Assembly: GCA_946965045.2 (NCBI GenBank)
Contig: OX337237.1
Coordinates: 248,001 to 312,000, forward strand
Length of the DNA: 64,000 nt
DNA from: Epithemia pelagica
Lineage: Eukaryota > Protista > Bacillariophyta
Direction: 5' to 3'
Below, piece after piece: positions 35,934-47,202 of this stretch. The position numbers were made by a program, and so were the translations under genes. The notes under the pieces are model-generated. The model was not told where the DNA came from. It saw only the letters and a program-made list of their open reading frames with translations, and searched no databases. Numbering within the stretch: the first letter of the stretch is position 1; each line of letters starts with the position of its first letter.

Positions 35934-37560
35934 ATGACTGGGCGTTACTCCTCCTCCAAAGGTAGAACCACCCTGTTTGTGTGTTTGGCATTGGTTGCCA
36001 GCGCAACGTTGGTATGGCAGTTCCAACTGGGGCTGGAATTGTCCCTCTCGGTGGCGGATTCTTCCTCCTTGTTTAGTAACCTTGTTGCGCTAGAGTGGGA
36101 CCGTCCTGTTCGGGTGGACCCCAACGATCCCACAACCCCTGCCGTCGTCCAACTCGAGCATCCTGCCGCAGCCAACAGCAACACACACAACAACAACAAA
36201 CACAAGAACAACAAGACAGTTTGGTGGCCCCATTCCTTGGTTCAGGACAAGACCTTGGAGTGGGATCCAAAGGTGCACCGTCCCTGGTTGGATCCGAATG
36301 CACCATCTCCTCCCGCCGTAATTTTGCTCACGAGTTTTGGATGGAATCATGTCAATCAAAAATGGGCCTTGACCATTCCTCGCAGTATTCGGGAAACCGA
36401 ACTGCTTACGGGTGTCATTAAACAACCACCCTTGGTTCCATCCAACGCTATTGGAGGAATTGGACCAGGCCCAAGGAAACCTTACATCAACAACAACAAA
36501 GCTACCTCCCAATACACGCATCTACATTTTTCTTGATCGACAACAATGTGGCGACTCCAATTATCCTGTCTATGGTGGGGGTCAGGAACCAAATATGGAT
36601 GTCCAATTTGGTCAACCCTGGAAGCCTTATTCTGGACGTACTCCCTTTGATAATCCTCTCCTTTCAAGTCTGACTTTCAAAGAGCTCCGATCCCGTCATC
36701 ACTCATTCCAAGCTACGGCCATTTTGTTCAATTGCAATGGTGGGGGTATTCCGGGTGTTTGGAATCCTTACAATCGCATTACAGGATCCCTCGCGAATGC
36801 TTCTTACCTTTCCATTGCCACACTCTCGTCCCTCATTTCTCGTGTCAAGGAAGATCGAGATCAGGGATTGGCACCGCCGATACCCAAACCAGTGAATTTG
36901 ACCGATACACAAGTCCAAGATATACACACATGTGCGGCCGAAAACAATCGGCCATGTTACTTTGTCTACGCTGGCAATTTTCGTTCTGGTGACAATGCCG
37001 ACTTTAATCGTCGTAATGGTGGAGCGCGTGGTTCCTATCGACGCTTTAATGACAATCGATGCATTTTTGTGTCACGGTATTTCAACCGTCAAGAATTCAA
37101 CCAATCGGCCTTGTCGAATTACTCGTATCAAGATTTCATGGCCCGGGCCGTCTTTGCCTTGGCGGCACGGGGGGATAACAAGTTTTCGTATCGCTTTTCC
37201 GAAGTCCTATCGGCCGGTGCCATACCCGTGGTGCATGCCGATGATTGGGTGTGGCCCTTTCGACCGGAAGTGATCAATTGGACCGAGTGTGCCGTGATTC
37301 TTCCCGAAAAGGATGCCGGCAACACTACCTTGGCGTATTTGGACACGATCTCTCTGGAACAACGCTGTCGCATGCGACAGACGTGTTATCGCATTTACAA
37401 GGACTACGTCGAAACCACGGTAGGAACCATCAACGGGTTGGTCCATGGACTCGAGCGTGTGCAGACGCAACAGCAAGGAGGAGGATCGTTGCTGATATTA
37501 CAAGGTGTACGGTGCGATGAATTTGCTAACGCCAGCCATGACTGCAATCTCCAACGGTAG
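35934..37560 (+). pseudogene. Exostosin-family (GT47) glycosyltransferase, copy 3, frameshifted near 36420
   Basis: ATG at 35934 plus a TM anchor. ATTAAACAACCACCCTTGG has 4 extra nt relative to copy 1 (ATTAACCACCCATGG). The catalytic half FALAARGDNKFSYRFSEVL lies in ORF 36412-37560. Confidence 0.82.
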
Positions 37561-37575
37561 CAGTAAAGAAACCAC

Positions 37576-37752
37576 AAGAAGAAGAAGAAGAAGAAGAAGA
37601 AGAAGAAGAAGAAGAAGAAGAAGAAGAAGAAGAAGAAGAAGAAGAAGAAGAAGAAGAAGAAGAAGAAGAAGAAGAAGAAGAAGAAGAAGAAGAAGAAGAA
37701 GAAGAAGAAGAAGAAGAAGAAGAAGAAGAAGAAGAAGAAGAAGAAGAAGAAG
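37576..37752. repeat. (AAG)59 microsatellite in the 3' flank of exostosin copy 3
   Basis: Read directly: a perfect repeat of about 177 bp. Confidence 0.95.
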
Positions 37753-38595
37753 GACGAGGCGACAGATGAACCCAATCTACCCTATTTTCCTCCATGTCTA
37801 CTAGAGGATCATAAAATTTGCTACACAAGAATAACTGGAACGGCGGCAAAAGAAGAACGAGGGGACGGCGGACCCTGATTGTATACAGGAGTTGGGCATC
37901 GACAGGACCAATTTTTGTTTCGTAGAATGACACGAAGAAAATGAGGAATACCCCTTAGCTAAGGTACTCGTATTTGAATTAAATTATTGAAAATCTCTAC
38001 AAAGAGTCAAGCACGCGGAGCTGAAAACTAGTTTGTCGTAGATGTGTGCGTCAACCATTGGTTTTTCAAGAAATCATCCTGCATCCATCACGGATGACGC
38101 AGACATCAGACCTTGTTTGAGCATGTCAGATACCGATACCATCCTCATCCAATGGCCAATGACGTTAAGAGACCTTTCTGATGAGAATATGGAGGGGAAC
38201 ACAGCACTGAGACCTAGTTCTGTCTCGTAGGCAACCAAGACAACAGTCAATCAAACACTCTAAAAAATCAAATGGAGAGGATCTCTTGGATGATTTCACT
38301 CCCAGTAGACTAAACTTCACTTGATCTAACATTCGCTATTCTTGGCTGTGCACAACATATCATGAATCAAAGAGTACGGGTAGCATCCAAACTCCAAACC
38401 TAGCTAGGCAGGCGACCGCAAAATGACAGCGCCTATTTTGTAGCAAAGGGATGGAGAGCCGACGGGCGTGTTGTCCTGTTTAAGACCAAATAACAAAAAA
38501 TGAAAAAATATAGCCCCTCAGCAAAGTGGGTCCCATTCCCATGTCCCATTTCCATTTGGGACTTCTACTATTGCATAGAGAGTGACTTGATGCGA

Positions 38596-38750
38596 GAAGG
38601 ACTGACTGACTGACTGTAACAGTCAGTAGTAAGCTCACTTACGGTTTACGATGTTTCCTGCAAAATTTACAACTGACAAGTAAAAAATCCGACAAGACAA
38701 AAACGGACATAACCACGGAAAAACAGACACTTTGAAACAGTCAGTCTTCC
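38596..38750. repeat. Short element with inverted GACTGACTGT / ACAGTCAGTC ends (MITE-like candidate)
   Basis: GAAGGACTGACTGACTGACTGT at ~38596-38617 and AACAGTCAGTCTTC at ~38736-38749. No TSD verified. Confidence 0.35.
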
Positions 38751-38988
38751 TGACGGCACGACTTAATCTCATTAATCATCACTAGCAACGGCTAGTTCTG
38801 CCGCGAGAGCGAAAGAGCTCATTGCTAATGGATCGGGACGAGAGTTGATGAGCAACGTTGACCAAGCGTTGGATTGCTAACGTGTTGATGCATTCTATCT
38901 TATTTCTTTCGCGTTTTGTTGTTTGCAGGACCATTTCCTAGCAACAGCATATCTCGATTACAACATCAAAATGCCCTTGTTCAGAATC

Positions 38989-41205
38989 ATGGGCGGCCAA
39001 CAGAGCCGGCGAAACAATAGTAGCGAAAACTCTTCACGTCAATCACAGACGTGTCCTTATCCAACGCAAAGGGCTGCCGCAGCCAATGGCCGGAATACGT
39101 ACCTGGGAAACAGAACTGGAGCAACTACTCAGTCTTTGAATAGCGCTCCTTCCAATAGCAATTCTGCCTCTCGACGTTCAACTGGACAGTTCTCACACTC
39201 CGCTGCCCCATCCACAAGTACACACCAGGACGGTTCGAGATCTCAACCAGGTACTGGTGCCCCCACAGATGCAGGAGGCCGAACGCAAACCACAACTAGC
39301 GCCACAGACGCTACTACTTGCCCTGGAGCCTATCAAGTCACACGAATAACAACCGGTGTAAGTTCAAAAGATGTTCGTCGCCCGCTGCTGGAAAATACGT
39401 GTCTCACCTGTCCCTAGCCTTCCATTGTGTATAGGGTACCTATCCCAAATGGAGTGTCACCAGGGAGCGAGTTTTATGCTCATGTTGGGAATCGCCGTGT
39501 TCGTATTCGATACCCTCAATCTCTCCAAATCACATTACCACCCGCACCCCAAAACCAACACACCATATTGAAAATTACACCACTTACTGCCGCTCCCGAG
39601 GTTGGAGCAGGAGGAGGTGCAGTTGCCATGACTCCAGAAGTTCGCAAGCTGAACCAACAAGCAGAGGAGAATGGAGGCTCAGCGAAATGTTTTCTTGTTG
39701 ACATTCCACCCAACGTTTTTCCCGGAAGGACGTTCGCGGCAAATGTAGCTAGACAGAGATTTATGGTTACATGTGCGTCAAACGCCGCTCCCAACATGAA
39801 AATCAGGTTTGTTCCACCGACAGTCGGCGAGGAGCCTCAAGCAGCACCGAAGACACAGGTATTTGAAGTTGCCGTACCAGCGGGAGTATCTCCAGGCCAG
39901 ACATTCACCTTGTTTGCTAATGGGCAGCCTGTTCTTATTACCTGTCCACCAAATGTCTCCCCAGGACAGAAGACCCGTTTCCAGCTTCTTGTTTCATAGA
40001 TAGTAAGCAATATTCAGCTTTCATACGAATCAAACGTTGGGTGGAGACGAATTATACGAGCTACCGACATGAAGTTCCAATGGGTATGTCTTGATAACAA
40101 AGAGGATGATTCCGAAAATGGAGAAGTGGACTTTGCTGGAATGGAGAACGTCGATTTCAGTAGGTTCGCATTCATTCGCAAGCTGTCTTTCTTGGAAGGA
40201 AATGATGCCCGCATGCGTAGCGGGAGACTATCCCTTGTACCAGCCAAAGAAGCAGTTGTGGATTCTCGTCTAGTTGTTAGAAATGGGACTTTACTGTCTT
40301 ACGCCGACATTGCTGAACATCAAGGCAAGGCACTTGAAGAAAAAACAATATGGTTTCATAATATTTGCTCCCAACTTTCATCTGCCTGCGGGGACGGTCA
40401 CATTAAGATTGTCGTCCGTCGAAAGTTCCTGCTTTTGGATAGTGTCGATTGTGTTATGAGTCTGGGTCGCGAAGACCTTCGCAAAAGATGGCGCTATTGA
40501 ATTTCTTGGCGAGCCTGCTCTTGAGGCACGTTGTGTTTCTCGAGAGTGGTTTCAATTGGTAACAGAGCAGATATTTGATCCTGCATTCGGTCTTTTTGTT
40601 TCCTCTGTCAACAACAAAATGGCAATGAGTATAAACCCCGCCAGCGGTAAGTTCAACGTCATCATGGGAATGTAGTTTGCGGGGAGGACTGACAGAGTTC
40701 CTTGGATTCAGACAGTTCTTGTCCGGAAAACCACTTGATCTATTTTAGATTTCTTGGACGGGTGATTGGACGGGCACTTTATGATGGCCAACTGGTAAAA
40801 GGCCACATGGTGAGAAGCCTCTACAAGCATTTACTGGGATGGCCTATCACTTTCGATGACATCAAGGACCAGGACGAGGAGTACTACCAATCTTTGAACA
40901 AGCTTAAGAAGATGAAAGATATGATCTCTGCCATGTGTCTTGATTCCACCGTGACCGAGGAAAGTATGGGTGTCAAAAACGAAGTGGAACTTCTTGAAGC
41001 TGGTGCCATGAAAGAAGTAACCGAGGACAATTTGCAGGAATATTTGGAAGCAAATCTTTGCTACAGAATGTTTGACCGCACAAAGCACCAATTGACAGAG
41101 GTATTGCTCGGATTCTTCGAAATTGTACCTGAACCTGCGTTAACTGTTTTTGATGTAAACGAGCTTGAGCTAATCCTATGTGGATTACCAGAGATTGACG
41201 GGTAG
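38989..41205 (+). pseudogene. HECT E3 ubiquitin ligase pseudogene, C-lobe missing
   Basis: N-terminus MGGQQS, VPxGVxPG repeats, and HECT N-lobe motifs REWFQLVTEQIFDPAFGLF, YFRFLGRVIGRALYDG and ELELILCGLPEID. Stops near 39415 and at 39997-39999, a +1 frameshift near 40494 and a GTAAG intron from ~40648. It ends before the catalytic Cys. Confidence 0.85.
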
Positions 41206-41222
41206 TTTGTGGCGTTCGAAGC

Positions 41223-43057
41223 ATAGCTTGGGGAGTTTGAGGTTCCTCAGCGCTCAATCAGCTGAGGAGATATTTTTTAATGTAAAAAAATACGTCCATG
41301 ACGCTGAAAAATGTTCAGTCGCCCGCGAATCGATGTCTTCTCTTTCTCGCATCCTTCCTCAGGAAATCGATCCGCAATACGCATGTCTTGCGATATAGGT
41401 AACACTTACATGGCGCCTGCACACTACAAAATAGATTACGTAAGGCTATCTTCATTTAGATTTTGATTCAAAACCATCATCATGGCTCAATATGACCTAC
41501 TCGTACTAGCAACTGTAGCGAACTATATCTTCGTAATACTCCATTCTAGTAATAATATACACATCTGTCGTGTTCTTGTATCTGCTGTTCTATCCAACCG
41601 ACAATCTTTGCGTTGCGCCATGATTGCAGCTTCCATTTAATTCCCAAACTCGGTGGCAAGGACTCCTTTCGTGTCGGTAATGCTTGCCGTGCAGGTTTCC
41701 AATGTATCCTTGTTCATGGCCATGGCCACAATAACGGCCGTCTCACCGGCTTCATAGTCAATGTTCTCCACCTCGACCTCCAACTCTGCTTCGGTAAAGA
41801 CACCATTCTCCAATTCGGTCACCACGGACGTTTGCGTGGTATTCAATCGTTGCACATTGTTGTAATAAATTGTGACATGCCAGTCATTGGAAACGGCGGC
41901 TTGTTGAGAGTCATCCGGAAACTCGGGAAACTCGGTGCGCACTTCAAAGTCAATGTCCAATTGGTTCGTGAGTTGACCGTCTGTGAGATCGATGGGTTCG
42001 GCGTAGACACTCAACACATAGTCCGTTACCAATCCATTGACCGATCCATCGCACAAACCCGTCACGTTGAGAACCGGGCCTTCTGTTTCTGCCAAAATAC
42101 GCCGGGGAACTGTCGTGGCTAGCAACAAGAGGGAGAAAGCCAAGGTAGTCATGCAGGTCTTGGTGGTAAACATGGTAGTAGTAGTCGTCTTGAAGGAGAG
42201 GAAAACGAAATGTGGTTGAAAGAGCAGAAGAATGGAGGACTGGGAAACTGGTAACTGCTTGAGGGATTTGAGCAATTGATTTTTATGAGACCTTGACCGA
42301 ACTCTCTATGAATGGATGATCGGACTCGACTGTGTCAACGTAGATCAACATTCGTAAGACCAAGTCGCTCCATCCTTCTCTCCCTTTAACACACACACAC
42401 TGGACGGAACTTCTCTAGGTTTGTGGAAATGCGGTTGGGAAAGGTTTCGTTCAAGAGACAATCGAAATGAGGAAGCAATGACCATTCGACACGCGACACT
42501 GTAGAAGTAGGGTTGCCGGTTGCCGTGCGTGCGAGAGGAGGATCGTCATTGTCATTGTCATGTTGTGTGATGTGGCTGGGTCGTCACGGTGACATCTCTC
42601 TTCTTCGTGTTCTTTATCTGTTGCTTCGACGGTGATCTTTGATCTATGTCAATGGAGAATGGAGTGGACGCCCTTGATTTTACAGCGTGTGATCTTTGGA
42701 GATTCTGTGTTCTCGTTTTGGTTACTTTCTCTTTTCTCTTATCTTTATCTGTTTCTGGTTCGGGTTTCTGGGGAAGTCTTGTCCATTGTCTCTCGACCTT
42801 TTTGACAAGGACGGAAAACCATGGATCATGGATCCAAAAACATTTCTTCCGGATGTTAAATCTAGAGAGAAAGAAGAAAAAGAAGAAAGAAGAAAGAAGA
42901 AAGAAGCGCTATAGCTTGCGGGAGTCGAAGTTTCCTCAGCGCTCAGTTATGTGCGGAAACAATGTGTAATGTACAAGGTGACATTCACGACGCTGAAAAA
43001 TGATCAGTCGCACGCGAATCGATTTCTCCATCTCTTTCTCGCATCCTTCCTCCTCAG
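41223..43057. repeat. Degenerate direct repeat of ~140 bp (41223-41362 and 42911-43057)
   Basis: Shared blocks ATAGCTTG, TTCCTCAGCGCTCA, GACGCTGAAAAATG.TCAGTCGC.CGCGAATCGAT and TCTTTCTCGCATCCTTCCTC. Confidence 0.85.
41637..42173 (-). CDS. Uncharacterised small acidic secreted protein, paralogue A (178 aa)
   Basis: ATG at 42173. Signal-peptide-like TLAFSLLLLATTVP, D/E-rich mature part, two Cys (GLCDG and ETCTAS). The frame is conserved in two paralogues. Confidence 0.85.
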   Translation of the reverse strand: MFTTKTCMTTLAFSLLLLATTVPRRILAETEGPVLNVTGLCDGSVNGLVTDYVLSVYAEPIDLTDGQLTNQLDIDFEVRTEFPEFPDDSQQAAVSNDWHVTIYYNNVQRLNTTQTSVVTELENGVFTEAELEVEVENIDYEAGETAVIVAMAMNKDTLETCTASITDTKGVLATEFGN

Positions 43058-43416
43058 AAAAAGTGACATCGCCACACACAATCTCTACGAGTACAGACTA
43101 AACACTGGGATGCTATACCGAACGAAACTATCTCCGAAACAACTGCAGACACACAGGGAAGACCAACCAAATATGTCGGGAAACGGGAAATGCATCCGTT
43201 CTCCGTGGTCCAAAGTAAGAGAGCACAAAGACACCACTCAAATTCGACTCCGATCCACATTCATTCAGGAGACGCAGAGATATCAGTGACTGATGAACTG
43301 CAGGAGATTCCGACAAGCGGACGACGCCCATGCACGACTTAAAGGCCGTGCAAGAAACGGAAATGTAGTCGAGACCGTCGAGTTCGATCATCCGAATCCA
43401 TCGAGAGTTCGGTCAA

Positions 43417-43428
43417 GGTCTCATAAAA
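43417..43428 (+). promoter_or_regulatory. Conserved GGTCTCATAAAA (TATA-like) motif upstream of all three secreted paralogues
   Basis: Also at 47142-47153 (+) and 42281-42292 (-). A second motif, CAAATTCGACTCCGA, is at 43239-43253 and 46936-46950. Confidence 0.5.
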
Positions 43429-43535
43429 ATCAATTGCTCAAATCCATCAAGCAGTTACCAGTTTCCCAGTCCTCCATCCTTCTGCTCTTTCGACCGCATT
43501 TCGTTTTCCTCTTCTTCAAGACGACTACTACTACC

Positions 43536-44069
43536 ATGTTCATCACCAAGATCTGCATGACCACCTTGGCTTTCTTCCTCTTGTTGCTAGCCACGACAGT
43601 TCCCCGTATTTTGGCAGAAACAGAAGGCCCCGTTCTCAACATGACGGGTTTGTGCGATGGATCGGCCAATGGATTGGTAACAGACTATGTGTTGAGTGTC
43701 TACGCCGAACCCATCGATCTCGATGACTGCCAACTCACGAACCAATTAGACATTGACTTTGAGGTTCGTACCAAGTTTCCCGAGTTTCCAGAAGACACTC
43801 AACAAGCCGCCGTTGCCAATGACTGGCATGTCACGATTTATTACAACAATGTGCAACGGTTGAATACCACGCAAACGTCCGTGGTGACCGAGTTGGAGAA
43901 TGGAGTCTTTACCGAAGCAGAGTTGGAGGTCGAGGTGGAGAACATTGACTATGAAGCCGGTGTGACGTCCGTCATTGTGGCCATGGCCATGAACAAGGAT
44001 ACATTGGAAACCTGCATGGCAAGCATTACCGACACGGAAGGAGTCCTTGTCGCCGAGTTTGGGAATTAG
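43536..44069 (+). CDS. Uncharacterised small acidic secreted protein, paralogue B (177 aa)
   Basis: ATG at 43536. Near-identical to A and on the opposite arm of the inverted repeat. Confidence 0.85.
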   Translation: MFITKICMTTLAFFLLLLATTVPRILAETEGPVLNMTGLCDGSANGLVTDYVLSVYAEPIDLDDCQLTNQLDIDFEVRTKFPEFPEDTQQAAVANDWHVTIYYNNVQRLNTTQTSVVTELENGVFTEAELEVEVENIDYEAGVTSVIVAMAMNKDTLETCMASITDTEGVLVAEFGN

Positions 44070-44609
44070 ATGGAACCTACAATCAAGAAGCAAATCACCA
44101 GATTGTCGGTTGGATAGAACAGCAGATACAATTACACGACAGATGTGTATATTATTACTAGAATCGATCTTGAATTGAGTATAATATTTATCTAGCTCAA
44201 TGTTGTGGTTGCAAGGATGGATTTGTAACAAGAATCTAAATGGAGAGATACGAAATCAACCTTGTGGTCGGCTGACGCCATGGAAGTCTATTCCATGGCG
44301 ATTGTGAGGGTCATCGGAGAATCTTGGCAGGATCGAATTGTCCCAACTCCACCTCAGCCTATACCATGGCGGGGAGGTCTTTGGAGCATGTAGGTGCAGA
44401 GGTTAAACTCTAACAGGGCAACTGAAACAAGTATCATCCTGCCAACCTAGTGTATGTTACAAGTCTAGTGGACTACCGAACCAGGCACACCTGTGGGCAC
44501 AAGAAAAAGACTTACAATGTCGACAGTCTCTACCGCGCGTGGTGCCGCAGCATACAATTCGGGACAGACTGCAACCGCCGTGTGTCGAGAACCAACAGAC
44601 ATGCGAACC

Positions 44610-44612
<3 letters not shown>

Positions 44613-44662
<50 letters not shown>
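44613..44662. repeat. (GA)25 microsatellite
   Basis: Read directly from the sequence. Confidence 0.95.
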
Positions 44663-44664
<2 letters not shown>

Positions 44665-44889
44665 CCACAAGACACTCTCGACTCGGGTGCTTTTTGGTTC
44701 TTCTTGTCGATTGTCCACACGTCGTGTGTGTCAGTGTGTCGTTCGGCACGGTTGCATCTCGAAAAACAACCGAGAGTCAGTCCCACTTGCGGCGGCCGAG
44801 ACTACTGATGTATGTCCTTCGATTCGGAGGAGAATGTGGCCTGTCGAGCCATTTTACAGCAACGACGACGACGACACCACCGACGACGA

Positions 44890-45400
44890 CGAGGTGGGTA
44901 TCATCCACACCAAGGCACTCGACACGAGCATGCCAAGACAAAAGGGGATGCTCCATTTCACCAGGTACAAAAAGGAATAACCATGCCGGTGAATCATCCA
45001 GGCCAGTCGTTCCTGCCAGGAAGAACGTGGTGCTGCACGCCATACGGTCGTGAGGGGAGGACGCATCAGGGGGTCCAGCAGCACTGTAAAATTCATCGTG
45101 GTATTATGATTCTCTGCAGGATCGAACAATCACCCAGTCTGTCGTCGTTGTCGTTTGGGTGAGTAGGGGACGAGGTAGCGTGGTTGCGACTGTGTGTTCG
45201 GAACGTTGCGTTTGGTTCTCCTTTCTTTTGTCGTCGTTCTTTGGAAGAGACTCCAAGAAGAGGCCAAAGGGGATGGTTTTTGTGAGACGCATGTGTATCC
45301 GTCGACGGAGAGCCGACGGGCGTGCGGATCGTGCCACAAGACCAAAATGGCAGATGTCAACTATAGCCCCTTCGGCATATGGGGTCCCGTGGGACTCATG
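44890..45400 (-). pseudogene. Further decayed copy of the ankyrin-like relic
   Basis: GGGTATCATCCACACCAAGG and GGAGAGCCGACGGGCGTG..AAGACCAAA blocks are collinear with 30470-31000. LDDSPAWLFLFVPGE matches LDDSLAWLFLFAHGE at ~27120. Confidence 0.35.
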
Positions 45401-45751
45401 TTCGGCGGAGAGATATCGGAATCGATTCGTTGGAGCGACTGGACGCATGGCGACCTTCCGATCCTTTGGGATTGCGGATCGTGTCTGTTCATTGTCTCGT
45501 CTGGATAGAGCGAGGAGAACCCATGTGCGCGATATAGTGGTGATGGAACTGTGAAACTCGATTCTTACAGCGTCCATGAAATGGATCGTCCATGTCAAAA
45601 CCGACAGCGCAAGAGAAAAAAGAAGGGAGGATCCGAATGGAAGCGCTCTTGTCGGTACGAGGGATTGTCCGGAGCATACGCATGATTGAAAGGCCTGCAC
45701 GTAGTCAGTCCGGCAGCAGAGGATGGCCTACCATGGACACAGTTTGATCGA

Positions 45752-45779
45752 CCCCCAACCCCCACCCCCCCCCCCCCCC
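45752..45779 (-). other. C-rich tract (G-quadruplex-capable on the minus strand)
   Basis: CCCCCAACCCCCACCCCCCCCCCCCCCC. G4 folding is inferred only. Confidence 0.5.
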
Positions 45780-46664
45780 ATCACCTATTGAATCCGAGCC
45801 CCTGCAATCATTCTTTGGTGTGACAAGGACCGAGGAGAGGGGGGTCTGCGCGTACCGTCGAGCGGAGCAATCCTACCAAGTTTGTGGATCCCACAATCCA
45901 GCGACACTGCTTTCCAATGAAACAATAGCAACACCAAGAGTGCAAGGGTGGCGCCGTTCCAAGGAGAGTGCCAAAGGACAACAGTTGCAGTACGCACCAC
46001 ATGCAGAACAGGACAACAGCACGCTTTCCTCAAGATTGGTCCAGGTGTTCGGAGTGTGACGTCGACTCTCTGATTGCTGGAGAACGGATAATCGATAATC
46101 GTCGTCATTATGTGTATGATGATGGTGTGGTTGGTCATCCGTTGGCGTTACAGTGGCATTTCGTTGGGTCATTTTTTGTTTGGTTTTATGTGGAGTGTCA
46201 TTTGTCATTTTACAGAGTGTGATCTTTCGAATTCCAAATTCATCCTTCCCCGTTCTTTTTGCTCCTCCTTGTTTCTCCTCAAGCCTATTCTTTCAATGAT
46301 CCTTGGACAACAACCATTCATCTCCGCCGAGTATGGTTGTGGAGAAACCAAACCAGGAAGGGAGGCTAGAAAGCTATCGGATCTATTTCTGGTCCTTCTA
46401 GGAACGGTTGTCTCCTCAGCGGCCAATTTCGGTAATATGAATGCTACGATTTTAATATGTTGGAAGCCACGACGCTTGAGGAGTGATCAGTCCCACGCAA
46501 AAAGACTTCTTGATAAATGGTAATTTTCCATTTCCGTCCGCTTTTTTCTTTCTCCCTCAGTCCTTTTTCTTTCCATCCCCCAAGTCTGTCCTTGCGCGCA
46601 CGCGCACCTTTTCGCGCTTTCTTTCCCACACTGCCCTCACATTTTCTGCACAGTTGCGCACCTC

Positions 46665-46864
46665 TTTCTGGCCCAAGAGGCGAACTCTCTGGATGCAATC
46701 CAACGAGGAATCAAAGTACAAAATCTCTTCAGAGAAAGAGGATAGCAGGGCACATCGATTCATTGGAAAGGAGGGTGCAAATTCGACCCTCGTGCACCGT
46801 TTTCTGGTCCAAGAGGCGAACTATCAGGATACAATCCAACGAGGAATCAAAGTAAAAAATCTCA
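46665..46864. repeat. Two-copy tandem duplication (period 136 bp) upstream of paralogue C
   Basis: TTTCTGG(C/T)CCAAGAGGCGAACT..C.GGAT.CAATCCAACGAGGAATCAAAGTA.AAAATCTC at 46665 and 46801. Confidence 0.85.
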
Positions 46865-47202
46865 CAAGAGAACGAGAAGCCAGAAAGAAACGCGGGACAC
46901 ATACATTCCTTGCAACTGCATTGGAACTGTGGGCGCAAATTCGACTCCGACCCTCTATTACCCACAACTTTGTCCCCTATTCATCGAGGACGGCGCACAT
47001 GCACGAACCAAAAGGTTCCAGTGAAAGAGAGAGAGCGCATTGGAGGGGGATGACTTCCGAATGCTGATGTGTTGACATTGGTCGAATGAGACCATCGACT
47101 CCCTACCATCAATGCCATCCATCGAGGCCTCTCATTCTTGTGGTCTCATAAAACTCCAGTGCCCACATCCTTCAAGCCTTTTTTTCCCAACTTCATCTCA
47201 TC

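Larger units (their letters stand above)
41543..44164. repeat. Long inverted repeat: arms ~41543-42330 and ~43377-44164, spacer ~1.05 kb
   Basis: The arms are reverse complements across promoter, CDS and 3' flank (for example TTCTAGTAATAATATACAC versus GTGTATATTATTACTAGAA), with scattered substitutions. Confidence 0.92.

Noticed and set aside
37404-37933. Poly-F, poly-R and poly-S ORFs
   Set aside because: They are translations of the (AAG)n microsatellite.
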